A stretch of 64,000 bases of DNA from an uncultured cyanobacterium (GCA_963744145.1 CAVUSO010000001.1:64001-128000); one strand, 5' to 3'; positions 19,192-29,210 are shown, numbered from the stretch's first letter. The notes: generated by a model from the letters alone, not told the origin. Made by a program: numbers and translations.

Positions 19192-20367
19192 ATGCAGGTT
19201 GCTTCAACACTGATTCCCAGCAAGGATTTAGAAGAGCCAATTATCCCTTTAATTGCGACATTAAAAGCTGCGATCGCCGATCATCTGACACCGAATGTTC
19301 AAGCTATTGATCAAGAGGGTTTCTATCCTCGCGAGTTTATGCAGCAGATCGGAAGATTGGGAGGTTTCGCTCAAGCGGTTGCTCCAGAATTTGGTGGAGC
19401 GGGTAAAGGCTTAAAATCCGCCATTCAAGTGATTGAGACAGTTTCCGAAGAATGTTTGTGTACAGGGTTTATGGCTTGGTGCCAAATTGCCTGCGCCTGG
19501 TATATGCAAAATAGCGATAACGCTGATCTCAAGAGAAATATTTTACCCCAGGTTGCATCAGGACAACTGCTCGGCGGCACAGGTTTATCAAACCCAATGA
19601 AGCATTTTGCCAATATTGAAAAGATTGCACTCACAGCGGAACGACGACCAGGGGGCTATGTCCTGAATGGTTTACTACCGTGGGTTTCTAATATTGGTGC
19701 AGGACATCCCTTTGGGATCGCAGCCAAACTTACCGAAGGAGATGATTATCTCATGGCGATCGCCTCCGATCAGTTTCCTGGGTTATCGCTCCGACAAAAT
19801 GCTCACTTTATCGCATTAGAAGGTAGTGGCACTTTTAGCTGTGTCTTCAAAGATGTTTTTATTTCCGATGATTGGGTTTTAGCCGTACCTTGTGAAGACT
19901 ATGTACAGCGAATTCGTCCAGGTTTTATTCTTACCCAAATTGGGATGGGTTTAGGGTTAATCGCTGATTGTATCAATATTATTGAGCGCTATCGTCCTCA
20001 TTTGGGTCATGTAAATTGCTTTCTAGATGATCAAGCCGAAGAACTTAGTGCTGAACTCGCGATCGCTCGTCTTAAAACCTACACCCTAGCAGATCAGTTA
20101 AGTCAACCAGAACTAACTATTACTTCTGATTTACTCAAAGAAGTAATTCAACTGCGGATTGCTGGATCTGAGCTTTCTTTACGGGCTGCTAATGCTGCCA
20201 TGCTTCATGCCGGGGCTCGCGCTTATTTGCAGGGTTCCAAACCTGCTAGACGCTTACGGGAAGCTTACTTTATCGCGATCGTCACCCCTGCGATTAAACA
20301 ACTTAAAAAGATGTTACATCAAATGGAGCAAAATGAACAAGCCTTTGATTGCCTTTCCCACCAATAA
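19192..20367 (+). CDS. Acyl-CoA dehydrogenase-family flavoprotein
   Basis: GTGLSNPMK, GYVLNGLLPWVSN and RRLREAYFIAIVTP motifs. Confidence 0.88.
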   Translation: MQVASTLIPSKDLEEPIIPLIATLKAAIADHLTPNVQAIDQEGFYPREFMQQIGRLGGFAQAVAPEFGGAGKGLKSAIQVIETVSEECLCTGFMAWCQIACAWYMQNSDNADLKRNILPQVASGQLLGGTGLSNPMKHFANIEKIALTAERRPGGYVLNGLLPWVSNIGAGHPFGIAAKLTEGDDYLMAIASDQFPGLSLRQNAHFIALEGSGTFSCVFKDVFISDDWVLAVPCEDYVQRIRPGFILTQIGMGLGLIADCINIIERYRPHLGHVNCFLDDQAEELSAELAIARLKTYTLADQLSQPELTITSDLLKEVIQLRIAGSELSLRAANAAMLHAGARAYLQGSKPARRLREAYFIAIVTPAIKQLKKMLHQMEQNEQAFDCLSHQ

Positions 20368-21154
20368 ACTCTTATCAGATCAGACTATTCCCCTGCTTTC
20401 AGTAGTGAACTTGCAAAAACAGTATAAAACTCGCCAGGGAGATCTGACTGCATTTGATGGGATTAACTTACAGGTGCAATTTAGTGAGGTAGTTTGTTTA
20501 CTTGGTGGGAGTGGATGTGGGAAATCATCCCTGTTAGCAACGATCGCAGGATTACAGAATGCGGATCAGGGTGAAATCTACTTACAAGGTAAAGCAGTCC
20601 GAAAAAGCCATCCCCAGGTTGGTGTAGTATTTCAAGATCCTTGCCTATTACCCTGGTTAAATTTAAGACAAAATATTGCCTTTGGGTTAAAGCTGAAACG
20701 GATGCCACAGCTAACTAAACCAGAACTGCGATCGCGAATTGGAGAAGCGATCGCCCAGGTGGGATTACAAGGTTTTGAACAGAGCTATCCTCATCAGCTT
20801 TCGGGAGGAATGGCGCAACGGGTAGCACTAGCGAGAACTCTAGCACGTCGCCCCCAACTATTGCTATTGGATGAACCCTTCAGTGCCCTCGATGCCATCA
20901 CTCGCTTGGATATGCAAAATCTATTATTACAGATCATCTCCCAGCAACAAACAACCGTCTTAATGGTAACTCACGATATTGACGAAGCCTTACTACTTGG
21001 CGATCGCGTGGTATTAATGGCACGTCATCCAGGACGAATTGATCAGGAATGGGTGATCACTCAACCCAAACCTCGCTTTCAGCAAGCCCATGAACTGACC
21101 CAAACTCGATTTACCATCCTGGAAGCATTATCCAGAGTCATGGAAACCGCTTAG
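20333..21154 (+). CDS. ABC transporter ATP-binding protein (nitrate/sulfonate type)
   Basis: GGSGCGKS, LSGGMAQR, LLLDEPFSALD, VTHDIDEA. Likely ATG at 20333. Confidence 0.92.
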   Translation: MNKPLIAFPTNKLLSDQTIPLLSVVNLQKQYKTRQGDLTAFDGINLQVQFSEVVCLLGGSGCGKSSLLATIAGLQNADQGEIYLQGKAVRKSHPQVGVVFQDPCLLPWLNLRQNIAFGLKLKRMPQLTKPELRSRIGEAIAQVGLQGFEQSYPHQLSGGMAQRVALARTLARRPQLLLLDEPFSALDAITRLDMQNLLLQIISQQQTTVLMVTHDIDEALLLGDRVVLMARHPGRIDQEWVITQPKPRFQQAHELTQTRFTILEALSRVMETA

Positions 21155-21255
21155 GAATGAAAAATAAATAAGTGATGATTTGGTTCGTAGTAAGCGCTGC
21201 CTTCGCTATCATGGCTTACTACAAACGAGCTAGTTATTTAATTTCTATTCCTTAA
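21151..21255. repeat. Small palindromic MITE-like dispersed repeat
   Basis: Outer TAGGAAT..AAATAAATAA / TTATTTAATTTCTATTCCTTA and inner GTAGTAAGC / GCTTACTAC inverted arms. Confidence 0.55.
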
Positions 21256-21284
21256 ATCTTGCCATTATTTTAGGAGTCTAAATT

Positions 21285-22514
21285 ATGACTTTGCCTAATA
21301 CCTGCACCTGCTGCGGGATGAGTCGGCGTGACTTTCTGAAGCTCACCAGTTTATTTTCCACATCATTAGGTTTAACTTTAGCTGCGGGTGGTTGTCAAAC
21401 GATCGCACCTCAAGCCAACAATAGCCCTAATTCTCATGCAGATCAACCTGTAAAAATTGGTTATCTACCAATTACCGATGCAGCACCCCTACTAATAGCT
21501 CATGCTAGAAAATTTTATCAAGCAGAAGGGTTAACTGCTGAACCACCGCGCCTATTTCGTTCCTGGGCACAGGTAGTAGAGGCATTTCTAGCCCGTCAGG
21601 TAAATGTCATTCATGTGTTGTCTCCAATTACCATATCCCTACGCTATGGGCGCAAATTTCCTGCCAAAATTGTCGCATGGAACCATATCAATGGGTCTGC
21701 ACTGACAGTTTTGCCCGAAATCGAAACACCGAAAAATCTGGGGGGAAAAACTATCGCTGTTCCCTTTTGGTATTCAATCCATAATGTTGTGCTGCAACAG
21801 GTACTCAAGCGAGAAGGATTGAAAGTAATCCGCAAGCCAAAAGATGCCGCGATTAACCCTGATGAAGTAAATTTGGTAGTGTTACCACCGAGCGATATGG
21901 TGTCAGCATTAGCAAATAAGGCGATCGCTGGTTATATTGTGGCAGAACCATTTAATGCCGCAGCAGAAAACCTGAAAACGGGCAAAATTCTTCGCTTCAC
22001 AGGGGATGTGTGGAAAGATCATGCTTGCTGTGTCGTCTTTCTCCATGAAGATGATATCACCCAACACAAAAAGTGGACTCAAAGCGTAGTTAATGCCATA
22101 GTCAAAGCTCAAGTATGGATTCGAGACAATCGCGAAGAAACAGCCCAGATTTTGTCTAAGGATGGTAGCGGTAAATATACACCCCATCCTCTACCTGTCC
22201 TCCAACGCACTCTCACCTATTACGAAAAAGACTTTTATGGTAAACAGGGAGCGATTCAGCATCCTGATTGGGGGATTAACCGAATTGATTTCCAACCCTA
22301 TCCTTTTCCCTCCTATACGGAAGAATTGATCCGTTTACTAAAGGAGACTCAGGTTGAGGGAGATACGGCTTTCTTGCAAACCCTAGATCCCAAAAATGTT
22401 GCTCAGGATCTCGTGGATGATTCCTTTGTTAAGCAAGCATTGCAGCAAGTCGGCGGATTAAAGACTTTTGGCTTACAGGATAACTTTTCTCGGTCTGAGA
22501 CGATCGCTGTCTAA
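21285..22514 (+). CDS. ABC transporter substrate-binding lipoprotein (NrtA/CmpA/SsuA-like), Tat signal
   Basis: SRRDFLK twin-arginine motif, AGGC lipobox-like segment, IGYLPITDA, HACCV. Confidence 0.9.
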   Translation: MTLPNTCTCCGMSRRDFLKLTSLFSTSLGLTLAAGGCQTIAPQANNSPNSHADQPVKIGYLPITDAAPLLIAHARKFYQAEGLTAEPPRLFRSWAQVVEAFLARQVNVIHVLSPITISLRYGRKFPAKIVAWNHINGSALTVLPEIETPKNLGGKTIAVPFWYSIHNVVLQQVLKREGLKVIRKPKDAAINPDEVNLVVLPPSDMVSALANKAIAGYIVAEPFNAAAENLKTGKILRFTGDVWKDHACCVVFLHEDDITQHKKWTQSVVNAIVKAQVWIRDNREETAQILSKDGSGKYTPHPLPVLQRTLTYYEKDFYGKQGAIQHPDWGINRIDFQPYPFPSYTEELIRLLKETQVEGDTAFLQTLDPKNVAQDLVDDSFVKQALQQVGGLKTFGLQDNFSRSETIAV

Positions 22515-22544
22515 ATTGATATCATCTTGTCAGGATTACTCGCC

Positions 22545-23327
22545 ATGACATCAACTTTTAACTCTTCAACACCTTCTTTCCGATTTAAGTTTTCCCTACC
22601 CCTAGCAGGTTTAATTGGTGGTTTAATCATCTGGTGGATTTTGACAACACCGCTCTGGCATAACGATCCAATTGTAGCCGATTTTTCCCCAGAAAGAACA
22701 CTCGCTTCCTTGGTGCAACTTTTTAGTACGGGCACGATTATTCCCCATATCCAAACCAGTTTACGACGGATGTTGGTGGGATTATCGGTAGCGATCGTGA
22801 TCGGGGTTCCCTTGGGAATAGTGCTGGGGTTATCTCGACCCTTAGAACAAACCACCTCTGCATTATTCCAGTTTATTCGGATGATTTCGCCCCTATCCTG
22901 GATGCCCCTCGCTGTGATGGTTTTAGGTATTGGCGACCTACCTGTTTATTTCCTATTGACGATCGCCGCAATTTGGCCCGTGGTCTTAAATACATCCGCA
23001 GGAGTTTTAGCGGTCAATCAAAAATGGTTATTACTTTCTCGTAGTCTTTGTGCAACCCAGTGGGAAACAATTAGTCAAGTGATTATTCCTGCTATTGTAC
23101 CGCACTTACTCACAGGTGTGCGTTTAGCAATTGGGATGATTTGGATTATTCTAGTACCCGCCGAAATGTTAGGTGTTAGTGCAGGATTAGGGTATTATAT
23201 TCTTGATACTCGCGATCGCCTATCCTATTCAGAACTGATGGCAGTGATTTTAATTATTGGTATGATTGGCTATGGTCTAGATAGTATGCTGCGATTTGCC
23301 CATCAGCAATGGACGCATCAACATTAA
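22545..23327 (+). CDS. ABC transporter permease
   Basis: Multiple TM helices; ISPLSWMPL and AEMLGVSAGLGY motifs. ATG 22545 follows AGGA. Confidence 0.92.
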   Translation: MTSTFNSSTPSFRFKFSLPLAGLIGGLIIWWILTTPLWHNDPIVADFSPERTLASLVQLFSTGTIIPHIQTSLRRMLVGLSVAIVIGVPLGIVLGLSRPLEQTTSALFQFIRMISPLSWMPLAVMVLGIGDLPVYFLLTIAAIWPVVLNTSAGVLAVNQKWLLLSRSLCATQWETISQVIIPAIVPHLLTGVRLAIGMIWIILVPAEMLGVSAGLGYYILDTRDRLSYSELMAVILIIGMIGYGLDSMLRFAHQQWTHQH

Positions 23328-23348
23328 ACCAGAAGGAGGCACTGATTC

Positions 23349-23927
23349 ATGGGCAATCTCAAACGTACTCGTGAAGATGTGCTATCCGCTGTTTTAGATC
23401 TGATTCACCGACAAGGGTTTCACTCAACGGGTTTAAAAGAATTACTAACCAGTAGTGGCGTTTCTTCAGGTAGTTTCTACAACTATTTTGCCTCGAAGGA
23501 TGAACTAGCTCATGCTTTGATTGACTTTAAGTGGAGCAAACTTAAATCGGTGTTATTTAGTGTGACTCAGCCCGATGCGATCGCCCAGCTTTTTCAGATG
23601 ATTGACATATTAGCAACCATTCATCAAGCTGAAGAACCCTGTGTTGGCTGCTTTCTCGGTAATTTAATTGTAGAATTGTCTGAGCATAATCCGACATTTC
23701 GCCAGCATTTAACTCAAGTTTTTGATGAATGGCAACAAGAAATTGCCAATTTACTCCAAATTGGACGCGCTCAACTTAAACCAGAAATAGATCCAGACAA
23801 GTTAGCACAGCAGCTTTTAAGTGCGATCGAAGGAGCATTACTTTTAGGACGCTTATACAATAACCCAGAGCGTTTACAATATTGTCTAGATGGGAGTCGT
23901 TATTTGTTGCAATCAGCCCTACTGTGA
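23349..23927 (+). CDS. TetR/AcrR-family regulator (NemR/LmrA-like)
   Basis: GFHSTGL...SGSFYNYFASKDEL HTH and GCFLGNL motif. Confidence 0.92.
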   Translation: MGNLKRTREDVLSAVLDLIHRQGFHSTGLKELLTSSGVSSGSFYNYFASKDELAHALIDFKWSKLKSVLFSVTQPDAIAQLFQMIDILATIHQAEEPCVGCFLGNLIVELSEHNPTFRQHLTQVFDEWQQEIANLLQIGRAQLKPEIDPDKLAQQLLSAIEGALLLGRLYNNPERLQYCLDGSRYLLQSALL

Positions 23928-24066
23928 TTTACCTTTAAGAGAATTTGCCATCTAAACACTCTCTTCGGAATAACGGACTTAATGCCATGTCTGCTAGACA
24001 ATGGGCGTGACCTGTGGTCATTAACGCATCCATTAGTTCAAAAGTGGCATCTTTGGCTGGACCTAG

Positions 24067-24094
24067 CTAGGGGCGTATGGCCATACGCCCCTAC
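24067..24094. repeat. REP-like palindrome (GTAG class)
   Basis: CTAGGGGCGTATGGCCATACGCCCCTAC. Confidence 0.75.
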
Positions 24095-24387
24095 ATATGC
24101 TTGTTGATGGAATTTGCTCAAGATTATCATAATTCATGGTAGGCAGATTTGAGGTTTTACTAATTCTCAATTTTCTGCCCCCAGGGAACTCTTTGACAAT
24201 CACTTCCCTTTTTCTCTCTTATTAGTCTAAACTCCAGTTAGTGCTTTTATCACTGACTTTCCACAAACCCAAAATTTGAGTTTCGGAACCAGCAATTACC
24301 AAAGCACAACGTCACCCATAGACCAATACGGTTTCATAGATACTTAGAATTTAATTCCACTAATCCGGACTTTAAAGGGACTTAAGA

Positions 24388-25545
24388 ATGTCTAAACAAC
24401 TTACACAAGCATATCTTGACGAATTGAAACAAGTTTTTGATTCCTTTGATACTGATGGTAATGGCTCATTATCACGTTCAGAAGTCACTAATGTCCTGCG
24501 TTCTTTGAGAATGAACCCAAATACTGAAGATATAGAGTCCATTTTCATTAGTGTTGATCAAGATGTAAGCAATACGATAGAGTTTGATGAATTGTCTCAG
24601 TGGATTGCCAATCAAGTTGGGATAACTTCTCAAGACGATTTGTTGGAGCTTTTTCACCTAATTGATTTAGATAACAACGGCACTATCTCAACGGATGAAC
24701 TACGAGAGTTGCTTGATGCCTTGAATATTAACGTCAGTGATCATGACATCGAAACCTTGATACAACAAGCCGATGCCGATAGAAATGACCTCATTGAGTT
24801 CGATGAATTTGTCAAAAGTGCGGGTTTGTGGACTCGGATTAAATTAGCAGTTGGTGTGGTACGTTCCTTTTACGTACAAGCAGAATTTGACTCACTCGCA
24901 CGAGAATATAATCAAATCATCCGTTTGTGGGTTCCTTGGTACGATGAGAGTCTTAGGGCAACGCTGAAATACCTACCAAATCAGTCCGCTGCGCCGCATA
25001 TCCTTGAACTCGGCGGAGGTACTGGCAACCTTACCGCTGCTGTCCTACAACGCTACCAAGAAGCCGATGTTCATGTTGTAGATAGTTCCAGTAAGATGAT
25101 CAATTTTTGTCAGCATCGCTTTGCCAAGAATGGGCAAATCCACCTCTACGAGCAGGACTTCATAACACTGGATTTCAAAGAAGCCTCCTTTGACTACGTT
25201 ATCTCACAACTCACTCTGCATCATTTAAATGATGCCAATAAAAAACAAGTGTTCAAAAATGTACATCGGTGGTTAAAGTCTGATGGCGTATTCTCTTACT
25301 CCGACTGCTTTCGCGGGATTAATAATCAGATAGATGAATTCTATAATGCAGAATGGAAAAGTGCTGCTTATGAGCTAGGAGCAACGGATGAACAATGGAA
25401 TCATTTTTGGGATCACCAGCAACGCTATGACCAACATATCCCTATTACAATAGTCATAGATTGGTTGAGAGAAATTGGCTTTGTGGATATTGATATCACC
25501 TGGCGTTTTTCCAAAGTGGCAAACATTATTGCTCGAAAAGCTTGA
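24388..25545 (+). CDS. Four-EF-hand (calmodulin-like) domain fused to a class I SAM-dependent methyltransferase
   Basis: EF loops DTDGNGSLSRSE, DQDVSNTIEFDE, DLDNNGTISTDE, DADRNDLIEFDE. MTase motifs ILELGGGTG, FDYVIS, LHHL, LKSDG. Confidence 0.88.
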   Translation: MSKQLTQAYLDELKQVFDSFDTDGNGSLSRSEVTNVLRSLRMNPNTEDIESIFISVDQDVSNTIEFDELSQWIANQVGITSQDDLLELFHLIDLDNNGTISTDELRELLDALNINVSDHDIETLIQQADADRNDLIEFDEFVKSAGLWTRIKLAVGVVRSFYVQAEFDSLAREYNQIIRLWVPWYDESLRATLKYLPNQSAAPHILELGGGTGNLTAAVLQRYQEADVHVVDSSSKMINFCQHRFAKNGQIHLYEQDFITLDFKEASFDYVISQLTLHHLNDANKKQVFKNVHRWLKSDGVFSYSDCFRGINNQIDEFYNAEWKSAAYELGATDEQWNHFWDHQQRYDQHIPITIVIDWLREIGFVDIDITWRFSKVANIIARKA

Positions 25546-25598
25546 TAATTTCGTCACTGCTTATCGCGGCTTGTCGCATTCATCCTACACCACCTATG

Positions 25599-25639
25599 AA
25601 GGTTAAGGGTATTCTAGATATTAGAGCACCCTCAACCTT
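25599..25639. terminator. Hairpin between convergent genes; possible bidirectional terminator
   Basis: AAGGTTAAGGGTATTCTA...TAGAGCACCCTCAACCTT, 18-bp imperfect stem. Confidence 0.45.
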
Positions 25640-25798
25640 GTGGGCTTTTTGCTTTGATACTGTAGTGAAAAAAGGCTCATGTCAGTTTCAAAATCATCGA
25701 ATAGAATTTGTCCAGCTTCCTCCTGGAATAAAGTTTCAAAGATCAGAGCGGTGTGGACTAAATGCGATCGCCCGTCAAATTCTAAACCCTAATTTTTA

Positions 25799-26500
25799 CT
25801 ATGAAAGTGAGGAGCGATCGCTTGACAACTTCTCGACAAATTCTTGATGTTCTATAGTTGATAACCCTTGTTGGACAACAGTTAAGACTTTTGCCAAATC
25901 ACCTCTTAATAAAGCCGCTCTATCTAACCACAGACCCGGAAAAATTTGAGAGCAAATAACCCCTTCAGGGTTCGATTCAAGTTGAATATATTCCCCATTA
26001 TTTAACCGAAACCAATCGAATTGCTGATCATCAACTCGCCATACTAAATATTCTTGTACCTCGTTGCGACGATAAACGTTTAATTTTTGGTGTAAATCAT
26101 AAGAAGCACTAGAAGCTGCAATTTCCACAATTAATTCTGGCGCACCTTCCACATAGTCATCCTCACTAATGTGCGACTGTCCTCCGATTTCAATTCTTAG
26201 CAGTGCATCTGGTTGTGGTTCATTATCCAGATCAAGACGCACTGTAGTATTATCCAATACTTCCACACCTGGTGTAACCGCTTTGTAAGTACCTAGCCAA
26301 GCCATAATATCAGCATGGGGTTGACCGTGGTGTTTGGCTCTGACAGGAGATGCCATATAAACAATTCCTTCGATTAATTCAGCTTTTTTGAAATCGGGCA
26401 TAGCCTGATAACGACGCTCAAATTCAACCCGGGTGAGGCGATCGCCGTTTTCTAAGGTCGGAATTGTTAATGTCCCAGAAATGGCCTGAGTAGATCTCAT
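25799..26500 (-). CDS. Uma2-family (DUF820) endonuclease
   Basis: KAELIEGIVYM, EPQPD, APELIVEIA, EYLVW. Confidence 0.92.
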   Translation of the reverse strand: MRSTQAISGTLTIPTLENGDRLTRVEFERRYQAMPDFKKAELIEGIVYMASPVRAKHHGQPHADIMAWLGTYKAVTPGVEVLDNTTVRLDLDNEPQPDALLRIEIGGQSHISEDDYVEGAPELIVEIAASSASYDLHQKLNVYRRNEVQEYLVWRVDDQQFDWFRLNNGEYIQLESNPEGVICSQIFPGLWLDRAALLRGDLAKVLTVVQQGLSTIEHQEFVEKLSSDRSSLS

Positions 26501-26762
26501 CAGCTTTCTCTCTTAACTCATTTAACAATTATATAATTTTTGCTAGGTTTAATTTGGAGCTACATAATTGCCTGATCAGCAGGTGATGTTCATCAACCAA
26601 AGGACAAATCAAACAAAATGGAAGCCGCACCAGCTAGAGTTATTTAGTATTTCAACCTCTTCGGAGCAGAAAAATACGATCGCTATGGTTATTTCAAGAT
26701 GCGATCGCCTGCAAATCGGAAAATATGATATAATCTAGCCAATAACTAGAGGTTTGGCCAAG

Positions 26763-27134
26763 ATGAGTACCCAAGTTTCTCTGAACTTACCTGATGAAGT
26801 CTATCGACAAGTGGAACTGCTTGCACATCAAAGCTGCCGTCCGATCGCAGATATTTTAATAGAAACCTTGGAAGTTATCCTCTTACCCAATCCAAAACCC
26901 AGATCAAGCTGATCTGATTCCGAGATAATTGCCCTGAGCCAACTTCGACTACAACCTATCCAAGAAAAACGATTAAGTGAATTACTCGATCGCCAACAAT
27001 CGGGAACAATTACCGAAATTGAAAAAACTGAATTACCAGCGATTATTCATATTTATGAAGATAGATTATTGCGACAATCTCAAGCATTAAATGAAGCTGT
27101 ACGGCGGGGATTGATTGCATCTTTACAGGGATAG
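26763..27134 (+). pseudogene. Small antitoxin-like (RHH-type N-terminus) gene with in-frame TGA at 26910-26912
   Basis: MSTQVSLNLPDEVYRQVELLA...PRSS*SDSEIIAL...RLSELLDRQQSGTIT...ALNEAVRRGL reads in a single frame across the stop. Absent from the ORF track. Confidence 0.6.
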
Positions 27135-27143
27135 TTTTTATTG

Positions 27144-27848
27144 TTAATCTGAAAGTGAGGAGCGATCGCCGGACAACTTCTCGACAAATTCTTGATGTTC
27201 TCTAGTTGATAAACCCTGTTGGACAACCGTTAATACTTTCGCCAAATCACCTCTTAATAAAGCCGCTTTATCTAACCATAAACCGGGAAAGATTTGAGAG
27301 CAAATAACACCTTCCGAGTTCGGTTCAAGTTGAATATATTCCCCATTATTTAGCCTAAACCAATCGAATTCCTGATCATCAACTCGCCAAATTAAATATT
27401 CTTGGACTTGATGACGACGATAAACTGTTAATTTTTTATGTAAATCAATAGAAACTGTACTAGCGGCAATTTCAGCGATCAATTCTGGGGCACCTGCTAC
27501 ATAGCCATCCTGACTAACAGTTGATTGTCCACCAACTTCAATTCTCAGTAGTGCATCTGGTTGAGGTTCGTTATCAAGATCAAGTCTAACTGTACAATTA
27601 TCTCCCAATTGCAGATTAGATGTAAATGCTTTGTAGAAACTTAACCACCCGATAATATCAGCATGAGGTTCACCATGTTGGGTAATTCTCAAGGGAGACG
27701 ACATATAAACAATTCCTTCAATTAATTCAGCTTTTTTGAGATCGGGCATAGCATGATAGCGACGTTCAAATTCAACTCGGGTGAGGCGATCGCCGTTTTC
27801 TAATGTCGGAATTGTTAAAGTTCCAAAAATTGCCTTAGTAGATATCAT
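27144..27848 (-). CDS. Uma2-family (DUF820) endonuclease, paralog of 25799-26500
   Basis: Same motifs as the paralog, with near-identical N- and C-termini. Confidence 0.92.
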   Translation of the reverse strand: MISTKAIFGTLTIPTLENGDRLTRVEFERRYHAMPDLKKAELIEGIVYMSSPLRITQHGEPHADIIGWLSFYKAFTSNLQLGDNCTVRLDLDNEPQPDALLRIEVGGQSTVSQDGYVAGAPELIAEIAASTVSIDLHKKLTVYRRHQVQEYLIWRVDDQEFDWFRLNNGEYIQLEPNSEGVICSQIFPGLWLDKAALLRGDLAKVLTVVQQGLSTREHQEFVEKLSGDRSSLSD

Positions 27849-28199
27849 CAGCTTTCTCTCTTAGCTTATGTTGGTTCTGCGACTGGTAAAACAGAAATAT
27901 TTCACACCACCCGAAACACCACCGGACTACCACCACTTTGATAATCAAGTCCAGTCACAATATGTTCTACTTGAATACCTGCGGTAATAAGTGCAGAGGT
28001 TGGCCAAATAGAATTAATCAGTCAAGCTCAAGCCTTCCCCCAATTTAACGTCCAACAGTTTCCATGTCACTAACAACTCACCCAGCCGATCGCGATCGAC
28101 CAAAGTGGGGAAAACTCGGAGCGCGATCGGCTGAAATAGTTGCGTAAAGCGGTAGCGATCGACTAAAATACCTGCTCCTGAAACAGAGCCTCGTCAATC

Positions 28200-29210
28200 A
28201 TGTCCTTTGATAACCTATGTAAACTCATCGCGGAAAAATATCCAACTTCTTTTGCCACTTGGATTTTAGGTGAACCGCAGCCCAGCGTGGAAGTTTTAAA
28301 AACCGAACTGAGTATCGAACCCATTCGAGCTGATTCAGTAATATTTCTGCAAACCCGAGACCGCATCTTACATCTAGAATTCCAGGTCAGACTAGAATCA
28401 GAGCCCCCCTTACCTTTAAGAATGCTAGACTATTGGGTCAGGCTATATCGGTTATACCGCAAGCCAATCATCCAAGTCATAATTTTATTGCTACCACCCA
28501 GCGAAGGAACAGTAATTGAAACTGCATTTGTGTTCGGAACAACTTACCATGAGTATCGGGTAATTCGACTGTGGGAAGAAGACCCGAAGATATTTCTATC
28601 TGATCTAGCGTTACTACCCTTAGCAGCTTTAACCGCCACATCTCAACCAGAACAGTTGCTAGCACAAGTGGCACAACAAGTGGATAGAATAGAATCAGTT
28701 ACAGAGCAGCGAGAAGTATCCGCATACATCCAAATCTTGGCGGGATTAAAGTTTAATCAACAAATTTTGCATCGATTATTTCAGGAGAATGCCATGCGAG
28801 AATCAGTAATTTATCAGGAGATTTTGCAGGTCGGTCGAGCGGAAGGACGCCGGGAAGGACTATTGGAAGGACAACGGTCAGGACGACTGGAAGGACGACT
28901 GGAAGGACAACTGGAAGGACGACTGGAAGGACAACTTGAAGGACGACGGTCAGGACGACAAGAAGGACGACTGGAAGGACGACAAGAAGGACGACAAGAA
29001 GGACGACAAGAAGGACGACTGGAAGGACGTTTGCAGGAACGACGCTTATTGGTAGAGAATTTGCTGCGGATTCGGTTTGGCTCTTTAGAACCAGAACTGG
29101 ATCAGCTCATTGAACCAATGATTGAGTTATCAACCGATGAGTTAGTTCCCTTACTCTATCAATTATCTCAGACTGAACTTTTGGCGAGATTCACTCCCCA
29201 TAATAATTAA
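28200..29210 (+). CDS. Rpn-family recombination-promoting nuclease / PD-(D/E)XK putative transposase
   Basis: FDNLCK, ELSIEPIRADS, ILHLEFQ, RMLDY, MRESVIYQEI and an EGRLEG repeat tail. Confidence 0.88.
   Translation: MSFDNLCKLIAEKYPTSFATWILGEPQPSVEVLKTELSIEPIRADSVIFLQTRDRILHLEFQVRLESEPPLPLRMLDYWVRLYRLYRKPIIQVIILLLPPSEGTVIETAFVFGTTYHEYRVIRLWEEDPKIFLSDLALLPLAALTATSQPEQLLAQVAQQVDRIESVTEQREVSAYIQILAGLKFNQQILHRLFQENAMRESVIYQEILQVGRAEGRREGLLEGQRSGRLEGRLEGQLEGRLEGQLEGRRSGRQEGRLEGRQEGRQEGRQEGRLEGRLQERRLLVENLLRIRFGSLEPELDQLIEPMIELSTDELVPLLYQLSQTELLARFTPHNN
28842..29030 (+). repeat. 12-bp tandem repeat encoding (EGRL/EGRQ)n
   Basis: GAAGGACGACTG / GAAGGACGACAA units. Confidence 0.9.

Noticed and set aside
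25542-25847. 101-aa ORF downstream of the methyltransferase
   Set aside because: No recognisable motif; it spans a hairpin and overlaps the convergent Uma2 gene end.
27863-28000. Possible HNH-gene remnant on the minus strand (…GIQVEHIV…)
   Set aside because: Too short, and it lacks the downstream N/CxxC residues needed to support the call.
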